Of a stretch of DNA of 64,000 nt, positions 48,938 through 63,000 are shown piece by piece (within the stretch, counting starts at the first letter, position 1; each line of letters starts with the position of its first letter). This DNA is from Azolla caroliniana (lineage: Eukaryota; Plantae; Polypodiophyta), in contig JBHGNT010000004.1 in NCBI GenBank assembly GCA_043228905.1, positions 25,482,001 through 25,546,000 of the forward strand, given 5' to 3'. A program made the translations under genes and the position numbers. The notes beneath the pieces were generated by a model that saw only the letters and a list, made by a program, of their open reading frames with translations, ran no database searches and had not been told where the DNA came from.

Positions 48938-51900
48938 CAACCATTATAATGTTTTTTTAGTTTAATCATTTCATCATGTATGCAGAATTCTACTAATGAA
49001 GAATATTTTTGGGGGGAATAATAATAATAATGGCACTCATCGAGACCAACCATGAAGCCCTGCAAATCTCATTGGCTCTTTACTTCATACTCAACTTCCA
49101 ATCTTGCCCATCTATGACACTCGTCTAGACTGGCCACGACGCCCTGCAAATCTCATTGGCTATTTACCTCAGACTCAACTTCCACTCTCACACAATCTTC
49201 ATTTCAAATATGTGGAATCTCATTCGCCTCCTTGCAACGCCAACATATCGTCATATTGGAAGCATGTGGTAGTAAACGCTTCACACATTACACTACATGT
49301 GTTGCACCTAACTACAAAGCCATATGCTTCATTGAACGGGGAAACTACACGCACCGATGCATGTTAGAGCCCAAGTTATTGCGCACCATCTAAACCTTTA
49401 TGTTCATACAACTTAGTTGACACTCACTTCAATGTGGTGAAACTAGTCCACTATTCTAGCCATAACAAGCTTTGAAGTGTGGGTATCACATTTTCATATA
49501 TTGTTCTTCCTTTGAATACATCTAACTATGATCCAACCTAACCCAATCCTTTCACGATTCCTCTCATAGATTGTGTTCAAGAACCTTTGAATTGTTTATT
49601 GGCCACATCTCCCCACTTGTATGATCCCAAGGGAAAACAACCAATTAAAATGAGCTTGCAACCTATCTTTATCACCCTAATACAATAAACAAAAACCCTA
49701 GAAACTTGCTTCATAAGTAATTACAACACTCTTTACTAGACAACACTATTCATCATCAATCATACAAAGAGCAACACATTTTAAAGACCCTAATGTTAGT
49801 TTTGGCATATTCAAATACAACAATGTAACACCCCAATCATCTTAGAGTTCATTGTAAATGGTAATCGTGGATAAAAATATCAATCATAATGTTGCACCCT
49901 AAACCCCCCAAGAGATGGCCGAAGTTCGACAATTGTTCGAAAAGACACAGCGGCCGAGCCAACGACCGATAGATTCGGCCGGACAGATGGTGACGACATG
50001 GATGGAAATGGCCATAGATGACCATGGAAAAAAAGAAGATAGAACATACAGATAGAGAAGGAAAATAGGAAGAAACGAAGAGGAGGAAGAAGAAGCAGAA
50101 GAAGAGAAGAACGCACAAGAAGAAAAGAAAAAAGAGGAGAATAGAAGGAAACAAAGGAAGAGAAGAGGGGTATGAAGAGAAAATTTCAGAAACATAAGGG
50201 TAGAAGAGAAAATTTTGAAAACTCAAGGGCATATTCTTTTTTTAAAACACGAGGGCAAATTTTCAAAGACCAAAGGGTAAAAAATATAAAACTCACTTCA
50301 CATGATGAAAGAAAGAAAATACATAAACACACAACATGATTTCACGACCCATGCCGTAGTGAACTAGCCGATTCGTGTATGATCCAATCGTGCATTGTGC
50401 TAACCAAATGAGAAGGTTCGAGTCAAGCAAAGCTTCGATTGAAGTTATTGATCGTAGAGCAGTGATCCGGTCGAGGGATTTCTGACCGTTGAGACGACCG
50501 ATGGAGTTTCGGTCGAGAAGAGTTGTCATGGCGAGTGGGTTCACCGTGCAATGCACTCTCCCACATGCGTGTATGGGGAGGCATAAGGGTATGTGTAATG
50601 ATATGGTTGATGTGTATGTGTAGAGTAAATGAGTGTGTGAGGATGAGTATGTGCATGTGTACAAGAATGTGTAACGGTCTTACTTATAACCGTCATGTAA
50701 CCGTTACATTTGATGTATTATATAAACCCCTTATGGGGTATATAATGAGATATACAATTTTCCCCTCTCACATTTCTGTCATTTCCTATTTGTCTCTCTC
50801 TCTCTCTAGCTCTCTCCCTATCGTAACCCCCTTGGGAGGGGGGTGAAGCCATTCTAGGCTTCACTCCCCACCCCAACAACAGATACACATAAGTGGCTAA
50901 GATTGGGACTCTAATACATGTAATTATCTCTAAATTTACTAATAATTGATCGATTAAATAGTCATTCATAGCCTCGATATTCAATAGATGCATGCATCAC
51001 TAAAGATAAGACCTTTTTGAATCGCAAAAGATCCAAGATTTGAGTCGATACTTACTCCATTTACTATGCAACCTCAAAGCTGAGGCAATTTGACCCCAAA
51101 TATGTATACCTTTCTCTACGTTTTCTCACGAATATTATAAGAACATGAAAGAACCATTTGTCAATGGTGTAGGCAAAAGTAACATCCATATGAGAGGTTT
51201 GAATCTATAATATCTCTATTAATCACAAACTTTGATGTTCTAATAAGCGTGAGCAACAATAGCAAACAACTATGTACTAAGTAGCAACTCTTGACAAATT
51301 CATCTTGTCAAAGCAAGGTGACGAAAAAATACAAGATAGACATGTATGTGGTTCAAAATCCACAAGGTTAATCAACCCTAGCAAATGACTAATTAAATTT
51401 GTCACATGCGTTCTCCACATCCAAATGGACTATGATCAATTCATGACATGTAGCTTTAGCATAATCCATTGTTTTGATTGTAGTTAGATCAATAATAAGT
51501 TTGTCTTCTTGATTAGCTTGTAGTATGTTAGATCGAGCAAATGCAAGATGCAGAACTTGAAAAAAACAAATGGGATTGAGATTGATTATCAATAAGACAA
51601 TGGTACAATAGTCACACCATATCCCTTTGATAACTTCGGTATTGCAATCAAGGCATAATAATTTGCATTTGATTTTGTATGTCCTCCAAAAGGTCGTTGT
51701 AACCTTCACTATTCCACCTGGCCAAATTGGCACTAATAGCCAACCATTTTGAACATGTGATAACCCTAGGCAATACACCATCACAACCACCTTACCTTCT
51801 ATCACAAACATTGCCCCTACATACAACTATCCGACTCACTCATCATTTAACAAACACTTATTGTCAACATGTCCACAAAAAGGGAAAAAGGGTCTATAGT

Positions 51901-54900
51901 CTAAACCCTGCATTCCATGGCCCAAATTTGTTGGTTTGGAGCGATTGCACAAAACTCAACAAGCAAATGCAAGACCTTATGAGCAAAATATTGGGATTCT
52001 CTAGAACAAAGACTTTGCCATTATTGGGTGATGTATCAAAGAACCCCTAACCTCAATCAAATATTGTTGTCCGCCTAAGTCGGCCTAAGTGGGAAAAGGT
52101 GGAAGAAAGGGAAGGAGTGGAGTCTGAATCCTCTGTAACGTAATGATGAGGACGAAGCATTAAGATGAAGCATTTTTTAATGCTTATAACAATTCACACA
52201 CCAAGCATAACCGACCATGACCTTGTATATAAAGGGCATGGAAAACTTGTAAAGGGTAGTGTAGTTATTTGGGTAACCTCCAAAATATAGTCGTATTGTT
52301 TCTGACTTGTTGTGTTTGAGTGTTCTTCTTTACGTATTTTCTGTGTGGTAATCATGTAAACGTGTATGTGTAAAGGCAACACATTGGGCGAGGGAGATCG
52401 GTTGTAGTTGTCTCCCCCGTACCCTTTCCCCTCCGCTTACGCTAAGCGACGTAATACGCTCACAACGATTTGCGATAGACTGTCTACGCTCTCCATTCTC
52501 TACACTATAATCTCCTTGAGTTGTACCCTGAAGGACTGAGAGTAGGCCGTGTTAGCCCTAGCCGGTAACACTTTTGGCACACCTGGTGATCTGTGATCCT
52601 CATAGCCCGAAAATCAAGGAATGGATGTCTAGTCGTTGACTTACCAGAGAACCAATTCGTCTGGATAGACCACAGACCCGGTCCGTAACCCGAAAGGAAA
52701 AGGAACACGCGACCCAAAGACTACGTCTCAATGACTGCTTTCCAACACTCTCAGAAAATACACTTGAATCAACGCTCACCGAGCAAAGTGGGACAAGGCA
52801 AGAGTTCTTATCCCCCCTTCACCACTATAGCAAAACTATTATAATGTTTTTTTAGTCTAATCATTTCGTCATGTATGCAGAATTCTACTAATGAAGACTT
52901 GTCTTTTGGAGGAAGAAAAACAAATAATAATGACACTCATCTAGACTGGCCATCAAGCACTGCAAATCTCATTGGCTCTTTACCTCATACTCAACTTCCA
53001 ATCTTGCCCGTCTATGACACTCGTCTAGACTGGCCACGATGCCCTGCAAATCTCATTGGCTATTAACCTCAAACTCAACTTCCAATCTCGCACAATTTCT
53101 TTTCAAATCTGTGGAATCTCAAATTCCTCCTTGCCAGGCCAACATATCGTCATATTGGAAGCATGTGGTAGCAAACGCTTCACACATTACACTACATGTG
53201 TTGCACCTAACTACAAAACCATATGCTTCATTGAACAGGGAAACTACACGTACCAATGCATGTTAGAACCCAAGCTATTGTGCACCATCTAAAACTTTAT
53301 GTTCATACAACTTAGTTTACACTCACTTCAATGTGATGAAACTAGTCCACAATTTTGGCTATAACAAGCTTTGAGGTGTGGATATCACATTTACGTATAG
53401 TGTTCTTCCTTTGAATACATCTAACTATGATCCGACGTAACCCAATCCTTGCACGGTTTCTCTCACAGGCTGTGTTCAAGAACCTTTGAATTGTCTATTG
53501 GGCACATCTCCCGCTTGTATGATCCCAAGTGAAAATAACCACTTACAATGAGCTTGCAACCTATCTTTACCACCCTAATATAATAATCAAGAACCCTATT
53601 AACTTGCTTCGTAAGGAATTACAACACTATTCATTGCTTCGTAAGGAATTACAACACAATTCATTTTCAGAGACAACTGCTGGTCCAAAGTGGAATTATG
53701 CCATACCTTCGTTTATGTTGGATAGTGGATAGTAAGTATTGTCTACTTGTTCATATATGTCATCATATGTATCATCATATGTACTAGCTTTTGTATCTTA
53801 CAAAAAGAAGTGAGATGAAATGTCTCCTTTTGTTTTTCTTATGTAGACATTTCAAGTAATACACTAAGGTGTATCTTCCTTTAAAAAAAAGAAAAAAGAA
53901 AAGAAGAAGAAGAGCAATGCACATTAAGACCCTAATGTTAGTTTTGACATATGCAAATACAACAATGTAACACCCCCATTATCTTAGGGTTCATTGTAAA
54001 TGGTAGTCATGGATAAACAAATATAAATCATAATGTTGCACCCAATGGAACTTCCAATACATGTAATTATCTCTGAATTTACTAATAATCAATCGATTAA
54101 CTAGTCATTCATAGCCTCGATATTCAATAGATGCATGCATCACTAAAGATAAGACCTTTTTGAATCACAAAAGATCCAAGATTTGAGTTGATACTTACTC
54201 CATTTACTATGCAACCTCAAAGCCGAGGCAAATTGACCCCAAATATGTATGCCCTTCTCTACATTTTCTCACAAATATTATAAGAACATGAAAGAACCAT
54301 CTGTCAATGGTGCATGCAAAAGTAACATCCATGTGAGAGGTTAAAATCCATAATATCTTTATTAATCACAAACTTTGATGTTCTAATAAGTGAATGAGTA
54401 ACAATTGCAAACGACTATGTATTGAGTAGGAACTCTTGACAAATTCATCTTGAAAAAGCAAGGTGACTACACCATCAAGCATTACTCCATATATAACTTA
54501 TTGCCCTAGAAAAAATACAAGATAGAAGACATGTATGTGGTTCAAAATCCACAAGGTTCATCAACCCTAACAAATGACTAATTAAATTTGTCAGATGTGT
54601 TCTCCACATCCAAATGGATTTTGATCAATTCATGATATGTAACTCAAGCATAATCCATAGTTTTGATTGTAGTTACTAGTTAGATCTATAATAAGTTTGT
54701 CTTCTTGATTAACTTGTAGTATGTTAGATCGATCAAATGCAAGATGCGGAACTTGAAAAAAACAAATGGGATTGAGATTGATTATCAATAAGACAATGGT
54801 TCGATAGTCACACCTTATCACTTTGATAACTTCGGTATTGCAATCAAGGTATAATAATTTGCATTTGATTTTGTATGTCCTCCGAAAGGTCGTTGTAACC

Positions 54901-55255
54901 TTCACTATTCCACCTGGCCAAATTGGCACTAATGGCCAACCATTTTGAACATGTGATAACCCTGGACAATACACCATCACAACCACCTTACCTTCTATCA
55001 CAGACATTGCCCCTGCATACAATGATCCAACTCACTCGTCATTTAACAAAAACTTATTGCCAACATGTCCACAAAAAGGCAAAAAGGATTCTATAGTCTA
55101 AACCTTGCATTCCATGGCCCAAATTTGATGGTTTGGAGCGATTGCACAAAACTCAACAAGCAAATGCAAGTCCTTATGAGCAAAATATTGGGATTCTCTA
55201 GAGCAAAGACTTTGCCATTACTGGGTGATGTATCAAAGAACCCCTAACCTCAATG
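48938..55255. repeat. Direct duplication: ~48938-52060 and ~52835-55255, containing decayed LINE-like sequence
   Basis: Long collinear similarity (ORFs 51389-51826 vs 54630-55022; 49104 vs 53039). HLDVENACD resembles RT LDFEKAYD. Confidence 0.85.
49890..50881 (-). repeat. ~1-kb LTR-like segment present only in the first duplicate
   Basis: TGTTG...CAACA ends; related to 41175-41300; absent from the second copy at ~54043. TSD not clear. Confidence 0.5.
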
Positions 55256-56169
55256 AAATATCCATCATTGTGATAATCTTACGTAGGAAACGTGTATCAT
55301 GTCCGTCCCCAACCCTCTTACCAAATACGTTGAAATCTTCCCTACTATCTACACCTTATCCACCTCATATGAGACAATGAAGTCTACCAAGCGCCCTTGA
55401 CATAGATGTTCGTCTAACCACATAAGGAGTACAAAGTGAACACCAAATATATGCAAAAGCATGGCTCCGCTAAGTCATTGCCAATACATGCACCATGAAC
55501 ATGATTATGCTTTTCCTTAAATTGAGGAACCTCTTCAATGTGGGACTAACAAACTATCATGATTGACCACACACTTGCCAAGAAAACTCAGAAAAACTCA
55601 ACTTATGCTTAGGTCATATAGATATAAACTCCAAGCCAGCATGTATTTAGGAGAGCCTCTCTACCACCGACTACATGTTTGCATCATGTTATTTGATGAA
55701 CATAATAAAGGTGTAAAAAAATCAAAATTATGGATGTTTCTAGATTTTTCACAAGACCTTTAATGTTTAACCAAACAAATGTCTTCCATAAAAACTCTAT
55801 GCACTAAAAACTCCCTGTAACCAAATGTGGGCAATATATGCACTATGTGAGCATGCGTGGAGAATAGTTTTTTTTTTTCTTTCCATGAAAATATATCCTC
55901 CATTGGTATTAAAATTACAGTGGCCAGAGGCTTATACACAATAGTCCAATATTACATATGACCGTAGTCAATCTTTGTAGGTAAAGTTAAGTAAGAAACA
56001 CATGTAACCAATCATTTGAGACAAAGAGAATACAATGAAGTCATATTCGTCTCCAAATCAAGAAGATTGATAATCCAACCTCTAGGGGAAAAACCCTGCA
56101 AAGGAGTCCCAATATATGAGAAGCATTGAACCAAATCAAGGTCATTGCTTTTTCTTATCCTCCCCCCCC

Positions 56170-56256
56170 CCTTCAACAGCCTCAATGCCTCCTTTACTTC
56201 ACCTTGTAGTTCATATCCAGACATCAATGCATTCCAAGAGACGACGTCTTGTATGA
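56170..56256 (-). pseudogene. Single PLS-class PPR motif fragment
   Basis: Translates to IQDVVSWNALMSGYELQGEVKEALRLL, a typical P-motif; no intact gene around it. Confidence 0.65.
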
Positions 56257-56659
56257 ATGTACACCTTCATGAAGCATTGGTGAAATAACCCATACTCAGA
56301 GTATACAACTTTTTCTGGCTTCATTTTTCTATGTCAGCCCTATTGCATAACCCATATTAAGGACATTGGATAACTACTCATTTTGATTAGCCAGCTTCTC
56401 CAAAGCACGCCTCAACCTTTCACAAAAACATGCCTACAAAATCAACAAGCTTTAGAAATCTTGTAATGTGATCAAAATTTTGCCAATGAATTCCAATGGC
56501 TAGAGTCGAGCAATGAATTCCAATGATAGCAACACGTAGGGCTTGTGTTACTAAATTCTTTCAAAGAGATATCATTAAATATCCGAGCTTCAAAGCATCC
56601 ACTCTCGTCGACCCTCAAGAATATGCTTCCAACTCCACACCAACATTCATAAAACAGAA

Positions 56660-57135
56660 AAGAAAATGAGTCTACTGTCCTCGTTCCCTCATGAAAGTAT
56701 GCTTCAGCCCCTGACAACCCCCTCACTCATCCCTGTCAAACAGAGAGAATCTGCTTCATTTTCCCCATTTACCATCTCGCCGATTACGACCAAAGTGCAC
56801 ATCAACCATCTCGTCGTAGACCAACAAAGTTTTGTACATACAAAAAACAAAATGACACTACTCTCCTAATCCCCTCATGAAATTCTACTTCATCCCCCGA
56901 CACCATCGTCACTCATCCTTGTCAAAAATAAAAAATGTGCTTTGATTTCCACATCAACCGTCTCATTGTTTACCACCAAAGTCTTGTACAAACAAAAAAT
57001 AGAATAAATGTACTCTCCTCATCGGGGCCTTGTGAAAATCTACTTCAGCCCCCAACCTCACCATCACTCATCCTTATAAAAATAAATTTTTTGCTTCAAT
57101 GACCACATCAACCATCTCGTTGTATTCCACCAGCG
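56660..57135 (-). repeat. Third locus of the ~150-170-bp tandem repeat family
   Basis: cacatcaaccatctcg, catcactcatcc and gaaattctacttca units. Confidence 0.75.
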
Positions 57136-57139
57136 TCAT

Positions 57140-57500
57140 GTACGTGAATCCTAAGCTAGGTACATTAAATGGCGAATCTCCCAAAGCCACCCAAAAACTT
57201 GATGATTTATCCCAATTAATCGGTGCACCTGCTTCATCTAAGAAGTCATGCACAACTTTTTGGACCCGCAACAAGTTAACTTGTGAGGCATGAACATATA
57301 GAGTTGTATCATCAGCAAACTCATTGTCCACGCTAACATCTGCAAATGGTAGTGCTAAACCTTTGATATTAACATGTTGAGAATTTAAATGTATAAAAGA
57401 AGTTTCAAATACTAGTAAAAACAAAAAAGGAGCAAGTGGACATCCCTTTCGTACTGATTTTGAAATAAAGACTTTAGCAGCTATAGGGGGTTGCGAAGGC
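57140..57500 (-). mobile_element. LINE reverse-transcriptase fragment
   Basis: VRKGCPLAPFLF, EFADDTTL and INWDKS motifs. Confidence 0.85.
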
Positions 57501-57624
57501 GTCGAAACCGAACGAAGGGCAATATTGGTACGGTCATGTATCTGATTCGTAAACACACAATATACAGTTCTAAAGCTGAGTGATATTGGTTGGCTGGTGC
57601 GAGACAAATTCGTGTGTTTTTGGT

Positions 57625-58319
<695 letters not shown>

Positions 58320-58348
58320 GATCTCCCTTCTCTGTTTCTTCATCAAAT

Positions 58349-58364
58349 GGTGTTTTTGAACACC
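58349..58364 (+). terminator. Histone mRNA 3' stem-loop-like element
   Basis: caaat-GGTGTT-TTTG-AACACC-acca: 6-bp stem, 4-nt loop, ~30 nt after the stop codon. Confidence 0.7.
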
Positions 58365-59879
58365 ACCATGTAAACTTTGATTTTAATCTCTGGCTGGGGT
58401 CGAGGTGTTACGTTTTGCTTAAATTTCAGGATGTTATTAGCTAGTTATTGGATTAGTTTCGAAACCACATGGCTCTTCCTGTTGAGTTTGTAGCATAAAC
58501 ATGGTTGTTGATTTGTTACGTTTGTGCTGAAATGTAGGGTTGCACAATGTGCATTGCTTCTGCTTTGTTTCATGTTATAGGGATATGACACAGTTGCTGA
58601 TGTTGTTTTATCATACTGTGTCAATGCCATGTATTGTATGTAGTGCTATGATGACGATGTGGTGGAATGTGGTTGTGTTTAACAGTGGTTTAAGTTAGTG
58701 ATTGAGACTGCTGATTAATGTTCATGATGGGATTTTGCCTAAATATGTGTTTGGATTGGTTTGTAGAGTCCAGCAGCATCAGAATTATGTATGATCTTTA
58801 GAAGATTTGATCAAATAATCAAATCTCATGTATTATACACAGTTGTGTGTCTTCTTTCTGAAGGTCCTCATCTGTTAATACACATTTTAAATATCCAAAA
58901 TGTAAAGATCAAGCTTGCATTGTGAATTCTAATTCAACAATAAATTAGGGTAAGCAAATGGAGGTGAAGCTGTGATCATGGATTGTGATTTTTGTTTGAT
59001 GTTATATGTGTGGAAAATGTAGTTGCATTTATGGAAACTTATGCGGAAGATGAGGCTGTTAATTTACCTATCCTAAACCATTGATTGTTAGTGGTTACAT
59101 TAATATTAGTAGTTGCATTAACATTTTATGCTATACAACGGTTGTAGAAATGTATATACCATAGTTATCAAGTTTGAGAGCGCATTACTCATATCATGAT
59201 GTTTGATTACCTACTGAATAAGAACAAGAGGAGCTACTGAGGAAGTTCAAGAGTTGGTAGCCAAATTGGTGAAAACATTTGGGCATCATTAAAGTCATTG
59301 AATAGGTTGGTGGGAAGGCATGCCAAAGCTGCATGAGGGATTTGGGGCACATTCTTCTTGTATTGGTTGTTTTTGGTGGTCATCTTGAATTTCCGCGGTG
59401 CAATGCCATGTTCCTATAATTATCAACAATGCTGTATGTCATTGCCACTACCTGTTTGATTTGCACATTGGATGGTTAACTACGTCTATGTACATTTTGT
59501 TGACAAAGTAACTTTAGTTTGTTGTGTTTTTGTAGTGACCAACATTGCTTCATGATTTGTTACCATTATGTCACAATGCTTTATTGTAGCCAGATTATGT
59601 TTGCCATACTAAGAGCATTTTCTCAAATTGGTTATGAAGGGTTTGTACTTAATAACATATTTGCACATGAATTCTCAATCTTTGCATACCACCTTTGATT
59701 TCTATTTTGTTTCTTCCTGTTAATTTTTGCATTAATAAAATGCCTTAAGTTATTAGAAATGTGAGGTCCTATTTTCAGCTAGGACTTTGCATTTCAATTA
59801 CTAGGACTCATTTTCAACTCCTCTAGTTGTTGAAGGATGTTGTCAAGCTAATTGATTTGGGTGGGAGCGGAGTCAAATC

Positions 59880-60072
59880 ATTCACACCAATATCACATAA
59901 CCTGTATTTTTTAATTCATTGATTGTGATGAGGTTTCTAGAAGCATGGATTCACTTTGACTGGTGGACAATGTAGATTCATGCCAATATCATATAACCTT
60001 TATTTTTTAATTCATTGATTGTGATGAGGTTTCTGGAAGCATGTATTCACTTTGACTGGTGGACAATGTAGA
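59880..60072. repeat. ~100-bp tandem duplication
   Basis: ccaatatca(c/t)ataacc...ggacaatgtaga occurs twice. Confidence 0.85.
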
Positions 60073-63000
60073 GAACATAGCATGAGGTTAAGACATGTGT
60101 AGGTGGGAAGTTGAACAACTTAATCAACCAAAAAATGGAGATGCTCTCAACCGAGCATACCTTGCTAACTATAAAGAAATTGCAAGAAACTCATACTTTG
60201 ACTAGCACAAAATAAGTAGAGATAAGAAAGCTGAAATGAACACATAAATAGTAGAACTCTTGGTTAATGGAAGAAATGATACTATATTATAATGTTTGGA
60301 GAGTAGACCGCTTCTCAACGTTAAACAACCTAACTCTCAAGAAATGCTAAACTTGAAACACTAATACAAGGCTTAGGGGTTATCTTAGTACAACACCTAA
60401 AGTAATGTTAAATTGAGATTTATATAGGGAATGAGGGGAAGGTTAAATTGTTGGGTAATACGATACATTTTTCTCATTGAATTCCCTCTTAAAAATGCCA
60501 TGAATGGTCTTACACTAATAGAAACCCTTCTCGAAAGTGAGTGATAGGTATTTTGAGTCTAGGTTGTAAACTCTCAAACTACCCTTCTCACTATTTATAT
60601 TCCCACCTGGTTGTTTGTATTGTCGATTGTGTTTATGTCTCCCTTGTTGGATGATTAGCACATGGGATGCCTCAATCGTATTGACTTCCATAACAAAATT
60701 ATCTTTGGTTACATCATGTACTTGCTTTGTTTATCACTCGAATGCGTGACATGATGTCACAAATACCACGAGGGGTTGCCTTGGTTTACCAATGCGTGCC
60801 ATGGTCTGTGTCAATCCGACTCATTGATAAATAGATAACATTGGTGTCACCATCATTTATGGCAATGACTTTGTTGGTTATGTCCACTCTCTCTTCATTG
60901 TATCATTAACTCGACATTTGTGTGACAATATGCAAAACACAGTTGAGCTTGAAAGGACACGTTGAGATGTCAAGTTTAACCGAATACTTTGCTTGTGAAG
61001 AGATTTGTTGGATACCATAACATGCGTCAAAGTCCACCCTTGTAATAAATGTATTGGAATATGTATTGATGGAGTAGATATTTTACGATATCTCTCTCTC
61101 TCTCTCTCTGTCTCATGATGATAGTTTGGTTTAGGATTCTATTTTAAGTAAACATAGAATGCAACATGTAATCCAACTGTCCCCCGTACATTAAGGTCTC
61201 AATATACAATTGAACTAATAAAATGTTGAGTAGTCATTGAATTCTCATTACATAATCATCCCCCATACACTAAGGTGTCCATATACAATTGACCTATAAC
61301 TGATTAATCATCGTAGCTTAATGCAAGGATATAATATCGTAGACCATTAAAGTAAGGATCTGGCATCTAGTAAATATTATATTCATAGTATAATATAGAT
61401 TTTGTAACATCTAATTGTTGCATTTTGAGAGTGGATGAGGAGAAAGAAAGAGATAAATTTTGATTCAAAGTGTGGGGGCATCATTTCGGGAAGGTCTATC
61501 CTTTTTATTAAATTATGTATGTTGGAATCATTTCCTTGGGAAATGACGGTGCAATCATGGGTTGGGACTTCGGAGAGGGAAAGGTAACAAATGCATTCTG
61601 AGGCAATGTGTCTAAGGACCATATTCATTAACCTTTTATGTCTTGCACAAAAGGAAAATACAACAATAATGGACATGCTCTCTTTTGGTGCTCTAATATT
61701 GAACCCCAGATCAAGCATTAACAAATATTTTTATCAAATAGAAATGCAACGGTAGATTGTGGTATATGGGTCAGATGTGTAAATTTGACGGGTTATGTAC
61801 AAAGGGCATGAACACTTGCATCAATGTGATGTAAACAAACTAGGAAAGCATGTGATGTGTGCTTGAGTGACGAGTCTATGCTTATGTAAACACTAAAGTT
61901 TATGAGTTGGTTTAGTATATTGGAAAGTGGTGCGTCAAAATATTGGAGGGCTCAAAAAGCTTGCAATGTATAAAGCTTTAAAAGTATTGATTGAGTGACG
62001 AGGGACAATACCATTTCGCCACATGGATGGTGGAGGATCGATGCTCCTTGCCTAACCATACACAAAATGAACAAATAGGTAGATTGTGGATAGGATTGGA
62101 GTTGAAGCTTTGAAAGCAGGAACAATTAATTAAAGATATGCAGAGAGGACAATTCATGCAACAATACTAAAGTTTCATGTTGGGGCCTACTCTAATGGCA
62201 AGTGATCACAATTAACCTATTGTGGGTGAATGAATACATAGATCAAATTCACATATATCTATGAATAATCCATAATGGATGTATAATATCCTACATAAAA
62301 TATCATTCACACTTAAAAGATCTATAAATGTTAAGAAACGTGTGAATTGAGTTTGTCTAGTGATGATAGAAGGCCATTGGGGGGAGGGAGATGACGACTA
62401 CGAGCCATTGTAAGTGGGAAAACATATAGATATATATATCATGATTTTAAAAAAATATCATAATTCTCGAAATGTGTCTAAAGCACCAAGATGCCGATTT
62501 AATGGATGAACTAGGAGCTCCGAGCAATGCTATGCACGTCGTATCACATTTCCTCACATTTAAGATGTTTCCCCACTTTCGATGCACCATGGCTGTAACT
62601 TCCAGACATGATGCATGATTTAACTATTGGCACCCACTTTAATGCAATATTTTCCCATCCGAAGATAAGCTATATAATAAGTTATAGCTATGAATGCCAA
62701 TTATTTTAAGGAGAAAGCAAGATTGTAAAGGTTGGCACCTAATCTACAAATCGTTGTGTTTCTTTCACTAGGTTGGTTGGGATCCCTCATCCTTTCTATT
62801 TTGTGGATAGAATACATTGTGTTCAATAACTTATTATTTCTTTTCGTGCTTGTCGTTTCATGGTAAAGTCAACTACGACATATGTGTCAAATGATTTAGT
62901 AGTACTTGAAGGCAACAATACATTTACTACTAGTACATGTAAGTACTTCTCACAACACACTCAAATGAATTTTTGTACCACTTGTTATGCATCCTCCCAA

